DNA of 64,000 nt from an uncultured delta proteobacterium (GCA_963850305.1 CAWKKR010000006.1:1-64000); one strand, 5' to 3'; shown: positions 28,565-40,218, counted from the stretch's first letter. Program-made: numbers and translations. Notes: generated by a model from the letters alone, not told the origin.

Positions 28565-31500
28565 TCACGCCGCGGCGGCCTTCGTCGTCACGGAGCCCGT
28601 GCGGTCGAGCTTGCGCCAGCCGTGGCGAGCGCCACGCACCGCAGCGATCATCGCATTGAAGCAGACGTAATACATGATCTGACGATACGAGAACCGCTGA
28701 ACGAGCAGCAGCGGCAGCCATTTGAGCGGCTTTCGATCCAGCGTGAAGGCGAGCAGAGAACCGCAGATGTCCATGACGAGGAACGCCACGTAGCCCGCGA
28801 GGAATGCCCGCCAATCGCCGCGGAACACGGACGCGACCATCATGATGTCGCCAATCGGGCTCAGCAGCGGAAACACGACCTGGAAAATGATCATGTTCGG
28901 CAGACCGACCCACCCCAGCGTGCCGTGGAAGAACGCTGCCCGGTGCTTCCAGAGACACTGGTAGGTCCCATAGGTCCAGCGGAACCGCTGACGTAGCAGA
29001 GCGCGCAGCGATTCCGGGGCCTCGGTCTGACCGAAGGCTTCCGGCTCGTAAACGACGCGGCCGCCGCGCTGCAATATCGTGAGCGTGAGGTCGGCGTCCT
29101 CGGTCAGCGTTTCCTGACTGTAGCCGCCCGCCGCGAGCACGGCATCGCGCCTCCACGCCCCGAGCGCGCCGGGGACGACCGAGATGCAATTCAAAACGGA
29201 GAACGCCCGGCGGTCGAAGTTCTGGCTCGTGACGTACTCGATCGCCTGGAAGGTCGTGATGAAGCCGTTGACGTTTCCGACCTCGACGTTGCCGCAGACG
29301 GCCGTCACGTCCGGGGACGCGAAGTGCTCGACCATCTTCGGAATGGCTTCCGGCGCGACGAGCGTATCTGCATCGACCGCCACGACGATGTCTCCACGGG
29401 CGGCCTTCAGGGCGTGATTCGCCGCTGCCGCCTTGCCGGCATTTGCCTGGTGGATGAGCCGGATCCGCGGATTGTGGAGCGCGAGAGCGGAGACGACGGC
29501 GGACGTGTCGTCGGTCGAACCGTCGTCGACCACCAGAATCTCGAGGTTCTCGTACTGACTCGCGAGGAGCGAGCGGAGGGTCGTCGTGATGACCTTGCCC
29601 TCGTTGTACGCGGGAACGATGACGGTCACGAGAGGTTGGGGGCTCGGTAGCGCGGCGCTCTTGGTGCGCGAGCGCAGATCCTTCAACGTCAATCCCCCGA
29701 GGAACAGGATACGCAGGACCGAGAGCATCGTGCAGAGGAAGAAGAGCACCGACAGCCCCGTCCACGCCCAGCCGCGGAAATAGGCCATCGCCGCGTCGCT
29801 CGTGGACAGGATCCGCTCGCCCGCGGGCACGGGTTCTTCGAGCAGAGATCGGTTCACGCCCAGCAATTTGTCGATGGACACGAACTCGTAGCCCTGTTTC
29901 CGGAGCTCGGGCACGATCGTGTTCAGGCTCGCGATGGTGCGCGAGCGATCGCCGCCGCCGTCGTGCATCAACACGATGTGACCTTCGCCGCTCGTCACCC
30001 CCGCAATGACCTTGTCGGCGATGAAGTCCATCTTCTTCGGATCCCAATCGTCCGAATCGACGTTGGCGCCGACGAAGAGGTAATTGTTCTGTAAGGCGAT
30101 TCGCAGCGCGGCAAGGTCGTCCGGATTGTCGGGGTCGATGGTCGCCGTGTAGGGCGCTCGGAAGAGCGGCGTACGCCGCCCCGTAAGTCCTTCCACCAAG
30201 CGCTGCGTTGCTCCGAGCTCGGCCGAGGCTTCTCGCGGAGTCAGCGAGCCCATGTGCGGATGGCTGAACGAGTGATTGCCGACGAGGAAACCCTCTTGAA
30301 CTTCGCGGCGCACGAGATCGGGCGCACGCATCACCTGGTCGCCGATGACGAAGAAGGCCGCAGGTACCTTGAGTTTCTCGAGTGTATCGAGGAGTTTTCC
30401 GGTGTTCCGGTCGTCGGGACCGTCGTCGAAGGTGAGCGCGATTTGCTTGCCGCGCGCGCCGCTCTTCTCCACGACGAATCCACTCGGAACCTTGGCATAG
30501 ACGGCGCGGGTGATGTGCCCGTCTTCTTCGGTCGTCAGATCGCGTACGCCACCCTGAGGTTCCCCGCGAATCGTGTAGACCTCGCCGTCGCCGAACAAGG
30601 CGACGGTTTTGACGGGGGGAATCTTCCGGAGCATCACCGGCGAGACCGGCTGCGCATCCCCGCCGAGAAAGGACCAGATGGTTTCGTCCTCGGTGCCCAG
30701 GCGCCAAAGGCCGATGCGGGTCACGTGACGTTTCCCGAGCTCGAGCATCTGATTCCAGAGAGCGAGCGCGTCCTCGAACCAGACATCATGAGTCTTCTTG
30801 CTTGCGTCGAGGTACGCGAAGTGGCCGTTTTCGATTTGCTCTTCGAAAGCTGGCGACGCACCGGTGGCGCGGGCAAGATCCATCAGTGCTCGGAATCCGA
30901 GGTCCTCGGCGGGCGGAGGGGATTCCGCGATGGTCCAGTCGTAGCCATACGCGCCCAGGACCACCACCACGCGATCGGCAGGCAAGCGCGGCAGCACCTC
31001 GTCGTACGACTCGGAGAGCCACGTACGCGCCGCGATCGGACCCGGTTTCGAGCTGGGGAAGTGCTGGTCGTATGCCATGACCATCACCGCGTCCGCGACG
31101 TTGCCGATATATTCGAAGTCGAAGGCCGGATCGTGGAAGGGGACGTCGACCGTCAGTCGCAGAGACTTTGCATGCAACGCGGCGCGGAGCTCCACTATGA
31201 GCTCGAGAAAAGGCTCGGAGTCTTCTGGTTGAAGCTCCTCGAGGTCGAGATTGATCCCCTCCGCTCCGAGGTCCACGAGTCGAGCGACGAGCTTCTTGAT
31301 GACGCAGGCGCGCGCCGCGTCGTTCTTGAGGAACCGCGACGTTTCGGCCCCGCGCCACTCGTCCCCGGCGAGGTTGGCAAGGCGGGGCAGGACGATCGTA
31401 TCCGAACGGCCTAGGACGCGGCGCGTCTTGTCGTCGATGCGCTCACCGAGCTCGCAACCGCGGCCCGGTAAACTGAACCAATCGGGTACGACCACGTCGA

Positions 31501-31885
31501 TGCTGGCGACGTGACGTTCGAGAGACGCCACCGATGCGGGGTCGTCCTGAGCGACGAACGCGACGACCGCATTGGGTGGCAAAGGAACGGCGGCTCCCTT
31601 CGCGTAACCGATCAGCTTGTTGCGCCGCCGCTTTTCCTGCGCGCGGATTGCCTGCATGCGCTTTTTTTGCTGAGCCGTGTAGATCGGACGGGCGTCGTGT
31701 TCGAGCGAGGCGCGGACGAGCGTCGCCTGGATTTCCGATTTCGCCGCGAAGGGATTGGGTACCCGCGCAGGGACGATGGCGCTCGTGAGGGTGATCCCGA
31801 AGGCCACGAGCGCCGCGACGGACAGCATGGAAAAGGCGACGATCGCGCGGCGCCAGCGGCGATGTGACGGGTCTTCGAAGATCAT
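28565..31885 (-). CDS. GH18-like / polysaccharide deacetylase / GT2 glycosyltransferase fusion
   Basis: GINLDLEEL and VMAYDQH (GH18-like), LTFDDGPD and GNHSFSHP (NodB), PAYNE, VVDDGSTD, DAD, TEDADL, RQRFRW (GT2). Confidence 0.93.
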   Translation of the reverse strand: MIFEDPSHRRWRRAIVAFSMLSVAALVAFGITLTSAIVPARVPNPFAAKSEIQATLVRASLEHDARPIYTAQQKKRMQAIRAQEKRRRNKLIGYAKGAAVPLPPNAVVAFVAQDDPASVASLERHVASIDVVVPDWFSLPGRGCELGERIDDKTRRVLGRSDTIVLPRLANLAGDEWRGAETSRFLKNDAARACVIKKLVARLVDLGAEGINLDLEELQPEDSEPFLELIVELRAALHAKSLRLTVDVPFHDPAFDFEYIGNVADAVMVMAYDQHFPSSKPGPIAARTWLSESYDEVLPRLPADRVVVVLGAYGYDWTIAESPPPAEDLGFRALMDLARATGASPAFEEQIENGHFAYLDASKKTHDVWFEDALALWNQMLELGKRHVTRIGLWRLGTEDETIWSFLGGDAQPVSPVMLRKIPPVKTVALFGDGEVYTIRGEPQGGVRDLTTEEDGHITRAVYAKVPSGFVVEKSGARGKQIALTFDDGPDDRNTGKLLDTLEKLKVPAAFFVIGDQVMRAPDLVRREVQEGFLVGNHSFSHPHMGSLTPREASAELGATQRLVEGLTGRRTPLFRAPYTATIDPDNPDDLAALRIALQNNYLFVGANVDSDDWDPKKMDFIADKVIAGVTSGEGHIVLMHDGGGDRSRTIASLNTIVPELRKQGYEFVSIDKLLGVNRSLLEEPVPAGERILSTSDAAMAYFRGWAWTGLSVLFFLCTMLSVLRILFLGGLTLKDLRSRTKSAALPSPQPLVTVIVPAYNEGKVITTTLRSLLASQYENLEILVVDDGSTDDTSAVVSALALHNPRIRLIHQANAGKAAAANHALKAARGDIVVAVDADTLVAPEAIPKMVEHFASPDVTAVCGNVEVGNVNGFITTFQAIEYVTSQNFDRRAFSVLNCISVVPGALGAWRRDAVLAAGGYSQETLTEDADLTLTILQRGGRVVYEPEAFGQTEAPESLRALLRQRFRWTYGTYQCLWKHRAAFFHGTLGWVGLPNMIIFQVVFPLLSPIGDIMMVASVFRGDWRAFLAGYVAFLVMDICGSLLAFTLDRKPLKWLPLLLVQRFSYRQIMYYVCFNAMIAAVRGARHGWRKLDRTGSVTTKAAAA

Positions 31886-32142
31886 GGGTCGACCGGGTCG
31901 CAGCCGGCCCGCGGGGGACGGCGGAAGCTCAACTCACGTTGCCCTCGCCTTACCAGCGTCGCAGAGCCGCTTCCAGCCCGGTGGATTCTCCCGGGATCCC
32001 GGGGTTCGCGGTTGACTGCGGAGCTCACGCTCCTCTTCTGACGGCGTGTGACGTCCCGATGTTCACCATCGAGGCCAATGTTCGCGTTCTGGGCATGAAT
32101 ATGTCATAAAATCAGGCACTTGGAAAAGCATGATGTGATTGT

Positions 32143-33093
32143 ATGGTCGGTGGCGTCGACGTGAACGCGCTGACTCCGATGCACCCCGAGGCGAGCAAGT
32201 TCGCTCATGGGGCCTATCTGTTCGCGGTCGGGGCTCTGGTCATCCGTTTGGCTCATCTCGACGAGTGGAGCATCGTCACATGGCTGGTCCTCGCTGCGTT
32301 CGTTGCAACCGTCCGCCCGGATCGCGTTCCGACGCCCTCGGCCAAGACTCTCGCGATGGGCGTGGTGGCTTTTGCGTCGATCAGCTTCGCGGTCGCGTAT
32401 CTCCCGGATCTCTGGTTTGCAATCGCATACCGGTTGAACCACGCCCAGCACTACCTGCTCGACGCCAATCGTCTGATGCGGGCCCTCCCCGGGAACGACG
32501 GCCGTATCGTCTGGGGACACGCCGTCGAACCCATCTCGCGCGTCATGCGCTGGATATACCGGACCGGCTTCGATCTGGTCGTCTGGATTCCTGTGGTCCG
32601 CTCTCTTTTCGCGTTCGATGTGCGAAAGGTGATGCGCTACGCGCTCGGTTCGCACCTCATCCAATTTCCGCTCATCCTCCCGTTTTATTCGTCCATTCGC
32701 GCCGACGAGGTGTGGAGCGTGCTTGGCGATCCCGATCGTCTCCATCGCGGCTGGAGCAACGAGATGCGGCTCGATCTAGGTGCCAACTGTTTTCCGAGCA
32801 TGCATACGTCGGTCGCCTTCGCGATCTTGGTGCTCGCTGCACGCGAGCGAAGTCCGGCTTATCGCATCATGATGACGATCTACGCGACGAGCATCATCTT
32901 CAGCACCGTTTACCTCGAGATCCACTGGCTCATGGACGTCGCGGGCGGCGTACTCCTCGGCATCGCTGCCGTACGGGTGACGGATCTGCTGCTCGCTGAG
33001 ATTTCCGGCGACGCTGCCCCGCGGCAGGCTCGGAGCAGACGCCGGTTCGCCGGGCTTCAGTCGCTCACCTTGACGAGCATCTTGCCGTCGTGA
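32143..33093 (+). CDS. PAP2-superfamily membrane protein, AUR1/inositol-phosphorylceramide-synthase-like
   Basis: NCFPSMHTS and STVYLEIHWLMDV motifs in a multi-TM protein. Confidence 0.75.
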   Translation: MVGGVDVNALTPMHPEASKFAHGAYLFAVGALVIRLAHLDEWSIVTWLVLAAFVATVRPDRVPTPSAKTLAMGVVAFASISFAVAYLPDLWFAIAYRLNHAQHYLLDANRLMRALPGNDGRIVWGHAVEPISRVMRWIYRTGFDLVVWIPVVRSLFAFDVRKVMRYALGSHLIQFPLILPFYSSIRADEVWSVLGDPDRLHRGWSNEMRLDLGANCFPSMHTSVAFAILVLAARERSPAYRIMMTIYATSIIFSTVYLEIHWLMDVAGGVLLGIAAVRVTDLLLAEISGDAAPRQARSRRRFAGLQSLTLTSILPS

Positions 33094-34061
33094 TCTCCCG
33101 AGAAGAGCCGCATCAGCGCCTCGGGCGCCCGCGCGAGGCCGTCGATGACGGTCGTCTTGTGCTTCAACTTACCCTCCGCCAGGAGCCCGCCGAGCACCAT
33201 CGCACCTTCCATGAAACGGGGTCCGTAGTCGAGGATGATGAACCCCTCCATCCGGCCCCGACGGCTGATGAGGTTCAGGTAATTCGCGGGGCCTCGCGCA
33301 TTTTCCATGTCGTCGTACTGAGAGATGGCCCCGCAGAGCACCACCCTCGCCCGCAGGGCGAGCCGCGCGAGCACGAGATCCAGAATCTGACCTCCGACAT
33401 TGTCGAAGAACACGTCGACGCCCTTCGGACACGTTTCGGTCAGTCGCTTTCCGACGTCCTCACTCTTGTAGTCGATGGCCGCGTCGAACCCGAGCTCGCC
33501 CGTGAGCCACGCGCACTTCGCGCCGGAGCCGGCGATACCAACCACGCGACAGCCCTTGCTCTTCGCGAGCTGCCCCACGATGGATCCTGTGGCCCCCGCG
33601 GCGCCCGAGACCACCACGGTCTCGCCGGACTTCGGCTGCCCGATCTCCGTCAGCCCGAAATACGCGGTCATGCCCGTGACACCGAAGACGCTGAGCGCGT
33701 CTCGAAGGTCGATGCCGGCGGGGATCGGTGTCGGTTTATCTCGCTCGCTCACGACCGCGTACTCTTGCCACCCCACCAGCGTGAACACGCGATCTCCGGG
33801 CGAGAGTGCCGCGATGTTCGACTTCAAAACCACCCCGGCACCGGCGCTTCGGATCACGCCGCCGACGGGAATCGCAGGGAGATACGTGTCGCGCTCCATC
33901 CATCCGCGGATCGTCGGATCGATCGACAGGCAGAGCGTCTTGATGAGCGCCTGTCCGGAACCAATTTCCGGGATCGGCTCCTTCCTCGTATCGAAATCGT
34001 CTCGGGTGACGGCGCCTCGAGGACGGCTCTTCAAGATGATCTGCGTATTCGATTCGGACAT
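33057..34061 (-). CDS. NADP-dependent oxidoreductase (MDR, CurA/PTGR-like)
   Basis: LSIDPTIRGWM, GMTAYFGL, VVSGAAGATGS, DVFFDNVGG, CGAISQY. Confidence 0.93.
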   Translation of the reverse strand: MSESNTQIILKSRPRGAVTRDDFDTRKEPIPEIGSGQALIKTLCLSIDPTIRGWMERDTYLPAIPVGGVIRSAGAGVVLKSNIAALSPGDRVFTLVGWQEYAVVSERDKPTPIPAGIDLRDALSVFGVTGMTAYFGLTEIGQPKSGETVVVSGAAGATGSIVGQLAKSKGCRVVGIAGSGAKCAWLTGELGFDAAIDYKSEDVGKRLTETCPKGVDVFFDNVGGQILDLVLARLALRARVVLCGAISQYDDMENARGPANYLNLISRRGRMEGFIILDYGPRFMEGAMVLGGLLAEGKLKHKTTVIDGLARAPEALMRLFSGDHDGKMLVKVSD

Positions 34062-34134
34062 GCCCGCACTATAGCGGCACCGCGTCAGGCGTGTCCCAGG
34101 ATTGGTTCGAGGACGGTGTTAGGCTCGGTGCTCG

Positions 34135-36009
34135 TTGACCGCCCTGGTCCCGTTCCATTCGGCGAAGCAGCGGATCGGCCACGCCCGATTCCAGCCCGCG
34201 TGGGGCCTCGCGGCGGCGTTGGCCTTTCCGTGGTGCGTTCAGACCGTCGCAACCCTGACGTCGGGCCTCGGCCTTCGACCGCTGGCTGGCCCGCTGCGAG
34301 CGACGGCCATACTCGTCGCGGCGACGGTCTTCACGGTGGTCGTCGCTCGTCGGGCTGCGGCGCTCGCGGTCGCGACCACCGCCGGTGGGGGATCGTCCGT
34401 CGTAGTCCGCGCCCTCGCCGTAGTCATCGCCTGCGCCGCCATGATTGCGCAAGGCGTTGCCTGTCTCGCATCCAGCGTCTTTCCCCTCGTTGCATACGAC
34501 ACGCTCGGCTATCGCCTCCCGGTCATTGCGGATTGGCTGGACGCGGGTCGCATCGCCTGGGTGATGACGGACGATCCGGTTCGCAATGGATACCCGTTTG
34601 GCCAAGAGGTCGTCTCCGCCGTCGTGGCGGCGGCCACGGGGTCGCTCCGCCTCGCCGGTGCGACGAGCTTCCCGTTCGTGGCCGCGGGCGTGTTCTCGAT
34701 CTGGTGGATCGCCGAGGTCGAGGGAGTCAGGCGCCCGCTTGCGCGGGCATCGGCGGCATTGTTCGCGCTGACGCCCGTCATCCTCCTGAATGCGGCGAGC
34801 GGGTACGTCGATGCGGCGTTTGCCGGCTCCGTGATAGCGCTCTTCGTTTCGGCAGCGCTCGTTGGCCGCCCGGGATTTTCGCGGCCCATCGCCGCCGTGA
34901 TGACGGGAATGGCCGCAGCCCTGGTGTTGTCGTTGAAGGCGAACGGTCCCGTCATCGTCACGATCGTCGCGCTCATGCTTTGCGTGCGTGCCGTCAGGAG
35001 AGAGGTTCGGGGGCGACTTCTCTTGGTTGCTGCGACTTTCGCGACGCCGGGTTCGTTCTGGGTGCTGAGAAACGTCGCACACACCGGAAATCCGCTCTGG
35101 CCGGCGAATATAAGGGTCGCCGGGCATACGCTGTTCCACGGCGTCCGTACGATGCCCGCGCTCCTCGACATCGCAGACAATACTCCGAGGGAATACTCGC
35201 ACCTCGGTAACCTCGCTCGCGTCGGGTGGACGTGGCTCCAGACGGCAGGGCCCGCCCTCGATTGCGACGATCGACGTGCCGGGCTCGGCTGGCTGTGGCT
35301 CCTGCTCGGGGTCCCGGCGATCGGTGCCGTGCTGGCGCACGCACTCCGGCGTCGAGAGGTCATGGCGAGAGGCGCTGTCGTGATCCTGATGACCATCGCT
35401 TGCTTCGTCGTGCAACCCATGAACTGGTGGCCTCGCTACACGGCGTGGGTGTGGGGCGCAGGCGCTCTGGCGATCGCGCTTGGCGCCGAGAGGCTGGCCC
35501 GTGCCGGACGCGATCGCGCCGTTGCGCTCGCGTCGAGCGTCGCGGTCGTGTTCTCGGTCGGCGAGGGAACCATTGCAGCGCTTCACGCGAACGGTCTCGG
35601 GACGGCGCTTGGACGCCTGTCCGAGGTCAGTAACGGCGACGTCTACGACGTTCGCCATCCGCGCAATACACGCTCCTGGGTGGATCCGAAATTCTGGACC
35701 CTTGGAGTCGACTCGGGCGGCCCGGTCTGTCGCGGCGCGTGGAAGCCGGGCAGCGACGATGCCAACCTCGACGGAGTGTTTGCACAGCTCCGGCCGAGGC
35801 CGAGCGTTCGGGTCGTGCTCGACGATCATGCCACCTGGGAGCGAGTGCGCCGGGATTGGGGGGCCGCCGGATGCGTGAGCTTGCTCCTGTTCCGTGGGAG
35901 CCGCGTCATCGAATCGGCGCGAGCCGACCCGGCGGTCGTCGTGAAGCAGGCCATCGCGTTCGACCCGCTGCTGGTCGTTCGACGGCGCACGGGTTCGCGC
36001 GCCCGATGA
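34135..36009 (+). CDS. Polytopic membrane protein, possible GT-C glycosyltransferase
   Basis: YDTLGYRLP, YPFGQE, GYVD, LKANG, RNVAHTGNPLWP, WWPRY among about 12 TM segments. Confidence 0.65.
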   Translation: MTALVPFHSAKQRIGHARFQPAWGLAAALAFPWCVQTVATLTSGLGLRPLAGPLRATAILVAATVFTVVVARRAAALAVATTAGGGSSVVVRALAVVIACAAMIAQGVACLASSVFPLVAYDTLGYRLPVIADWLDAGRIAWVMTDDPVRNGYPFGQEVVSAVVAAATGSLRLAGATSFPFVAAGVFSIWWIAEVEGVRRPLARASAALFALTPVILLNAASGYVDAAFAGSVIALFVSAALVGRPGFSRPIAAVMTGMAAALVLSLKANGPVIVTIVALMLCVRAVRREVRGRLLLVAATFATPGSFWVLRNVAHTGNPLWPANIRVAGHTLFHGVRTMPALLDIADNTPREYSHLGNLARVGWTWLQTAGPALDCDDRRAGLGWLWLLLGVPAIGAVLAHALRRREVMARGAVVILMTIACFVVQPMNWWPRYTAWVWGAGALAIALGAERLARAGRDRAVALASSVAVVFSVGEGTIAALHANGLGTALGRLSEVSNGDVYDVRHPRNTRSWVDPKFWTLGVDSGGPVCRGAWKPGSDDANLDGVFAQLRPRPSVRVVLDDHATWERVRRDWGAAGCVSLLLFRGSRVIESARADPAVVVKQAIAFDPLLVVRRRTGSRAR

Positions 36010-36035
36010 ACGTGCGCAGGCGTCGAGCCTGCGGC

Positions 36036-36521
36036 TCACCCGGTGACGTCGCGGTACGCGCTACGGAAATGGATCAAGGGATCGCCGTCGCCGAGCGCGA
36101 TGCGCTGGATCGCCCCCACGAAGACATCATGGTCGCCCGTGGGCACGCGCTGGGTCACGATGCACTCCACGACGGCGAGGACGTCCGGTAGCAGGGGGCA
36201 CCCCGTCGCGCTCCCGGGCGACCAGGGAATGCCATCGAACTTATCGAGGCCGTGCGTCGCGAACCGTGCGGCGAGGTCGCGTTGCTCGCGGGACAGCATG
36301 TTCACGGCGAACCGACCGGCGGCAAGCAGTGCCGGGTATGCATCCGCGTCGTGCGATACGCACACGAGACACAAGGGTGGATTCTTGGACGCCGACGCGA
36401 ACGCGTTCGCCGTCAGTGCCGCAGGCTGTCCAGCCCCGTCCAGCGTCGTGATCACCGTCACGCCGGTCGCGAATGTCGCCATTGCGGCCTTGAAGTCGGC
36501 CATCGTCACGAGGGGCTTCAT
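36036..36521 (-). CDS. Flavin reductase family protein
   Basis: FATGVTVIT, TANAFAS, PPLCLVC, FAVNML, GDHDVFVG. Confidence 0.93.
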   Translation of the reverse strand: MKPLVTMADFKAAMATFATGVTVITTLDGAGQPAALTANAFASASKNPPLCLVCVSHDADAYPALLAAGRFAVNMLSREQRDLAARFATHGLDKFDGIPWSPGSATGCPLLPDVLAVVECIVTQRVPTGDHDVFVGAIQRIALGDGDPLIHFRSAYRDVTG

Positions 36522-36554
36522 CGGCGGCAATCTATCACGCAGCGGCCCGATCTC

Positions 36555-37850
36555 TCAGGCAGAGTGAACGTCGCGCACGACTTCCACCATGGCGCGCGTC
36601 ACTGCCGACAAGTCCGGCGTGTCGACGACGAATGGCGGCATCGTGTACACGAGTCGACCGAAGGGGCGGAGCCAGACGCCGCGGTCCACGAAGGCCGGTT
36701 GCACGCGGCGCATGTCGACGGGCTGCTCGAGCTCGATGACGCCGATCGCGCCGAGCACGCGTACGTCGCGGACGCCTCGAAGCGCGCGCGCCGGGGCAAG
36801 ACCCGCGGAAAGTTCGCCCTCGATTCGCTCGATGCGCGTCCGCCAGGGCGACGAGAGCAGAACATCGATGCTCGCGAGGGCGACGGCGCAGGCCAGCGGA
36901 TTCCCCATGAACGTCGGGCCGTGCATCAGCACCCCCGGTGCCGCCGCGCACACCCCGCGGGCCACGGCATCCGTCGCGAGCGTCGCAGCGAGGGTCATCG
37001 TGCCGCCGGTGAGCGCCTTGCCGAGACAGAGGATGTCCGGCGCGACCCCCGCGTGTTCACACGCGAAGAGGCGCCCCGTTCGCCCGAACCCCGTCGCGAT
37101 CTCGTCGAGGATCAAGAGCACGTCGTGAGCGTCCGCGAGCGCGCGCGCGCGACGCAGGTATTCGGGCGAATAAAACCGCATCCCGCCCGCGCCCTGCACG
37201 ATCGGTTCGAGGATGATCGCCGCGACGTGAGCGGCATGCTCTTCGAGTCGAGCAGCCAGGTCGGCGATGGGCCCGTCGTCCCACGGTGCGCCGAATGCCG
37301 GCCCGGGTATGGCGGCGAAGAGTTGCTCGGCCAGCACACCCGCGAACAGTCCATGCATCCCGCCGACGGGGTCGCACACGCTCATCGCACCGAAGGTATC
37401 GCCGTGATAGCCGCCGCGAACCGTCAGGAGCTTGTTCTTCTCGGGTCGTCCGCGGCCCTTCCAGTATTGAAGGGCCATCTTGATGGCCACCTCGACGGAT
37501 ACGGAACCGGAATCGCAAAAGAAGACCTTCGTCAGCGGCGGAGGCGTGAGCTCGACGAGGCGCACGGCGAGGCGCACGGCGGGTTCGTGCGTGAGTCCGC
37601 CGAACATGACGTGCGGCATGCGCTCGAGCTGCGCGCGAGCCGCGCGCTCCAGCTCCGGCACGCCGTACCCGTGAATGGCGGCCCACCAGGACGACATGCC
37701 GTCGATGAGCTCGCGGCCGTCCGTGAGCCGTAGCCGCACGCCGCGCGCTCTCTCGACGCCGAATACGGGAAGCGGAGCGACGGCCGATGCGTAGGGGTGC
37801 CAGACGTGCGAACGGTCCAGTGCGAGCAGCGAGTCGTCGTCGCGAGGCAT
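36555..37850 (-). CDS. bioA: Adenosylmethionine-8-amino-7-oxononanoate aminotransferase
   Basis: [75 protein letters not shown]. Confidence 0.96.
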   Translation of the reverse strand: MPRDDDSLLALDRSHVWHPYASAVAPLPVFGVERARGVRLRLTDGRELIDGMSSWWAAIHGYGVPELERAARAQLERMPHVMFGGLTHEPAVRLAVRLVELTPPPLTKVFFCDSGSVSVEVAIKMALQYWKGRGRPEKNKLLTVRGGYHGDTFGAMSVCDPVGGMHGLFAGVLAEQLFAAIPGPAFGAPWDDGPIADLAARLEEHAAHVAAIILEPIVQGAGGMRFYSPEYLRRARALADAHDVLLILDEIATGFGRTGRLFACEHAGVAPDILCLGKALTGGTMTLAATLATDAVARGVCAAAPGVLMHGPTFMGNPLACAVALASIDVLLSSPWRTRIERIEGELSAGLAPARALRGVRDVRVLGAIGVIELEQPVDMRRVQPAFVDRGVWLRPFGRLVYTMPPFVVDTPDLSAVTRAMVEVVRDVHSA

Positions 37851-37885
37851 GGAAGGCACGCCTAGTGTATAGATCCCGCCTCGCG

Positions 37886-39163
37886 ATGACCGATCTGTTC
37901 GATGACCTCGCCGCGCGCGGCCTCATTCATCAAGAAACCGACCCCGCGGGTCTACGGGCTCACTGCGTCGGTGCGTCCCGCCGCCTCTATTGTGGCTTCG
38001 ATCCCACGGCAAGCTCCCTCACCATAGGGAACCTCGTTCCGATCCTGCTCCTCCGGCGATTCCAGCTTGCCGGACACCGTCCGGTCGTCGTGATGGGCGG
38101 CGGTACCGGCCTGATCGGCGATCCCTCCGGCAAGGAAGCCGAGCGGACGCTGCGGACGCGGGACGAGATACGCGCCAACATCGACGGCCAGCGACCGATC
38201 TTCGAGCGGATCCTGGACTTCTCGGGGCCCACCGCGGCGACGATCGTGAACAACGCCGACTGGCTCGAAAAGCTCTCGTTCGTCGAGGCGCTCCGCGACG
38301 TCGGAAAACACTTCTCCGTGAACATGATGATCCAGAAGGACTCCGTCCGGCGCAGGCTCGACGAGCGGGAGCAGGGGATCAGTTACACGGAGTTCAGCTA
38401 CATGCTGCTCCAGGCCTACGACTTCCAGCACCTCCACGACGCGGCCGGCGTGACCGTGCAGGTGGCCGGATCGGACCAGTGGGGCAACATCGTTGCCGGC
38501 ATCGAGCTCGTCCGGCGGACGCGGCAGAAGGAGTTGTTCGGCCTCACCGCGCCGCTGGTCACCAAGGCTGACGGCTCGAAATTCGGCAAGACCGAAGCAG
38601 GCGCCGTCTGGCTCACCCCCGACCGGACCTCGCCGTACGCGTTCCATCAGTTCTGGCTCAACACCGATGACGCGGACCTGCCGAAGTTCCTGAACACGTT
38701 CACCCTGCTCCCCCGCGACGAGATCGACGCTCTCCTGGCCGCTCACGAGCGCGAGCCGGGCGCTCGCCACGCGCATCGGGCGCTCGCGGACCACGTCACG
38801 GAACTTCTGCACGGGAGTGAAGCGCGCGCGAACGCGGAGCAGGCGGCGCGTGCACTGTTCTCCGGAGATGTGGCCGGTCTCTCCAGGGAAACCCTGGATG
38901 AGGTCTTCGCCAACGTGCCGTCGAGTGACCACCTGGTCGCCGACCTGGGGGGGGAAGGTCTGCCTCTCGCCGACTTGCTCGTCACGACGGGCGTCGCCAG
39001 GAGCAAGCGCGAGTCGCGGGAGTTTCTGTCGAACGGCGCGGTGAGCCTCAACGGTGAGCGTGTGGAACCGGACGCGCGGCTCACCCGCGCCGGCTTGATG
39101 CACGGCAGCGTCGCGCTGATCCGTCGAGGGAAAAAGACCTGGCACGTGACGCGGTGGCGTTGA
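37886..39163 (+). CDS. tyrS: Tyrosine--tRNA ligase
   Basis: [51 protein letters not shown]4 domain. Confidence 0.97.
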   Translation: MTDLFDDLAARGLIHQETDPAGLRAHCVGASRRLYCGFDPTASSLTIGNLVPILLLRRFQLAGHRPVVVMGGGTGLIGDPSGKEAERTLRTRDEIRANIDGQRPIFERILDFSGPTAATIVNNADWLEKLSFVEALRDVGKHFSVNMMIQKDSVRRRLDEREQGISYTEFSYMLLQAYDFQHLHDAAGVTVQVAGSDQWGNIVAGIELVRRTRQKELFGLTAPLVTKADGSKFGKTEAGAVWLTPDRTSPYAFHQFWLNTDDADLPKFLNTFTLLPRDEIDALLAAHEREPGARHAHRALADHVTELLHGSEARANAEQAARALFSGDVAGLSRETLDEVFANVPSSDHLVADLGGEGLPLADLLVTTGVARSKRESREFLSNGAVSLNGERVEPDARLTRAGLMHGSVALIRRGKKTWHVTRWR

Positions 39164-39270
39164 GGGTCGGCCCGGCGACGCCATTGTCGTGACGCGGATG
39201 CAGACCCCTACCCGGCTTCCATAAGTCCCGTTAGTTGGCCCAGAGGCGCGCTCTCGGCTGAATCGGCACG

Positions 39271-40218
39271 ATGATTCCTGCGCGGTCGGCGCTTTTTGCC
39301 GCGGCCTGGCTCTGTATTGCGCCGTGCGCGCTGGCCAAACACCTGGAGACGTCCGAGCGTGGGGCGAGGGCACACGCTCATGCTCCGACGAGGGCGAAGA
39401 CGAAGCCCTCGAACCACCGGGTCGTCGCGTCCAGGCCGAAGAAGAAAAAGAAGCGCCGCCCCATCCGGCGCGATCCGCCGAACGCGACCTGGCTCAAGTA
39501 CAAGCGCTCGCCGTGGAGACGCGGCTACGTCTCCGTGGTGGGTCACGGCAAGCAATGGAGTGGCTACCTCGTCGACGCCGCGGGCGACGTGCCGCCGCTC
39601 GCGCGGAAGGAACTCTCGGAGGCACTCGCCTCCTGGCGGACGGGCAAATGGATGCTCATCGACGAGCACCTCATGCAGCTCATCGCCGACGTGTCCGATG
39701 AGTTCGGGGGCCGCCCCATCCGGCTCGTGAGTGGTTACCGTGAGCAATCCTGGGCTCAGGGGTCGAAGCACAAGGTCGGGCAGGCCTTCGACTTCAGCAT
39801 CCCCGGCGTGCCGAACGCACTCCTCAAGGACTATCTGCGCTCGCTCCCGGACGTCGGCGTCGGATACTACCCGAACTCGACGCACGTCCATCTCGACGTG
39901 CGGGACAAGCCGACGTACTGGGTCGACTACTCCGCGCCCGGCCAGCCCCCCGATTACGCCTACGCCCGCCGCGTCGCGGGCCTCACGCCGGCCGAGCACG
40001 CGCTCGCGGCGGCGCTCGACGCGCTCCGTCGCGACGCGGCGCCGAACGGCGAACGACACATTGCCGCGCCAGCCTCGACGCCCATGATGCGCGTCGCGCC
40101 GGCCTCGAGCGCCGCGTTCCCGGCGCCGCGAGCAGACGACGAAGGCGACGACGAGCGCGAGCCGAACGATGTCGTGGGCGACGGGCCGCCAAAGCCGCTC
40201 GCGCGGGCGATTCCGTAG
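39271..40218 (+). CDS. DUF882/YcbK peptidase M15-family protein
   Basis: Signal peptide; VSGYR, SKHKVGQAFD, GVGYYPNSTHVHLDVR. Confidence 0.88.
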   Translation: MIPARSALFAAAWLCIAPCALAKHLETSERGARAHAHAPTRAKTKPSNHRVVASRPKKKKKRRPIRRDPPNATWLKYKRSPWRRGYVSVVGHGKQWSGYLVDAAGDVPPLARKELSEALASWRTGKWMLIDEHLMQLIADVSDEFGGRPIRLVSGYREQSWAQGSKHKVGQAFDFSIPGVPNALLKDYLRSLPDVGVGYYPNSTHVHLDVRDKPTYWVDYSAPGQPPDYAYARRVAGLTPAEHALAAALDALRRDAAPNGERHIAAPASTPMMRVAPASSAAFPAPRADDEGDDEREPNDVVGDGPPKPLARAIP

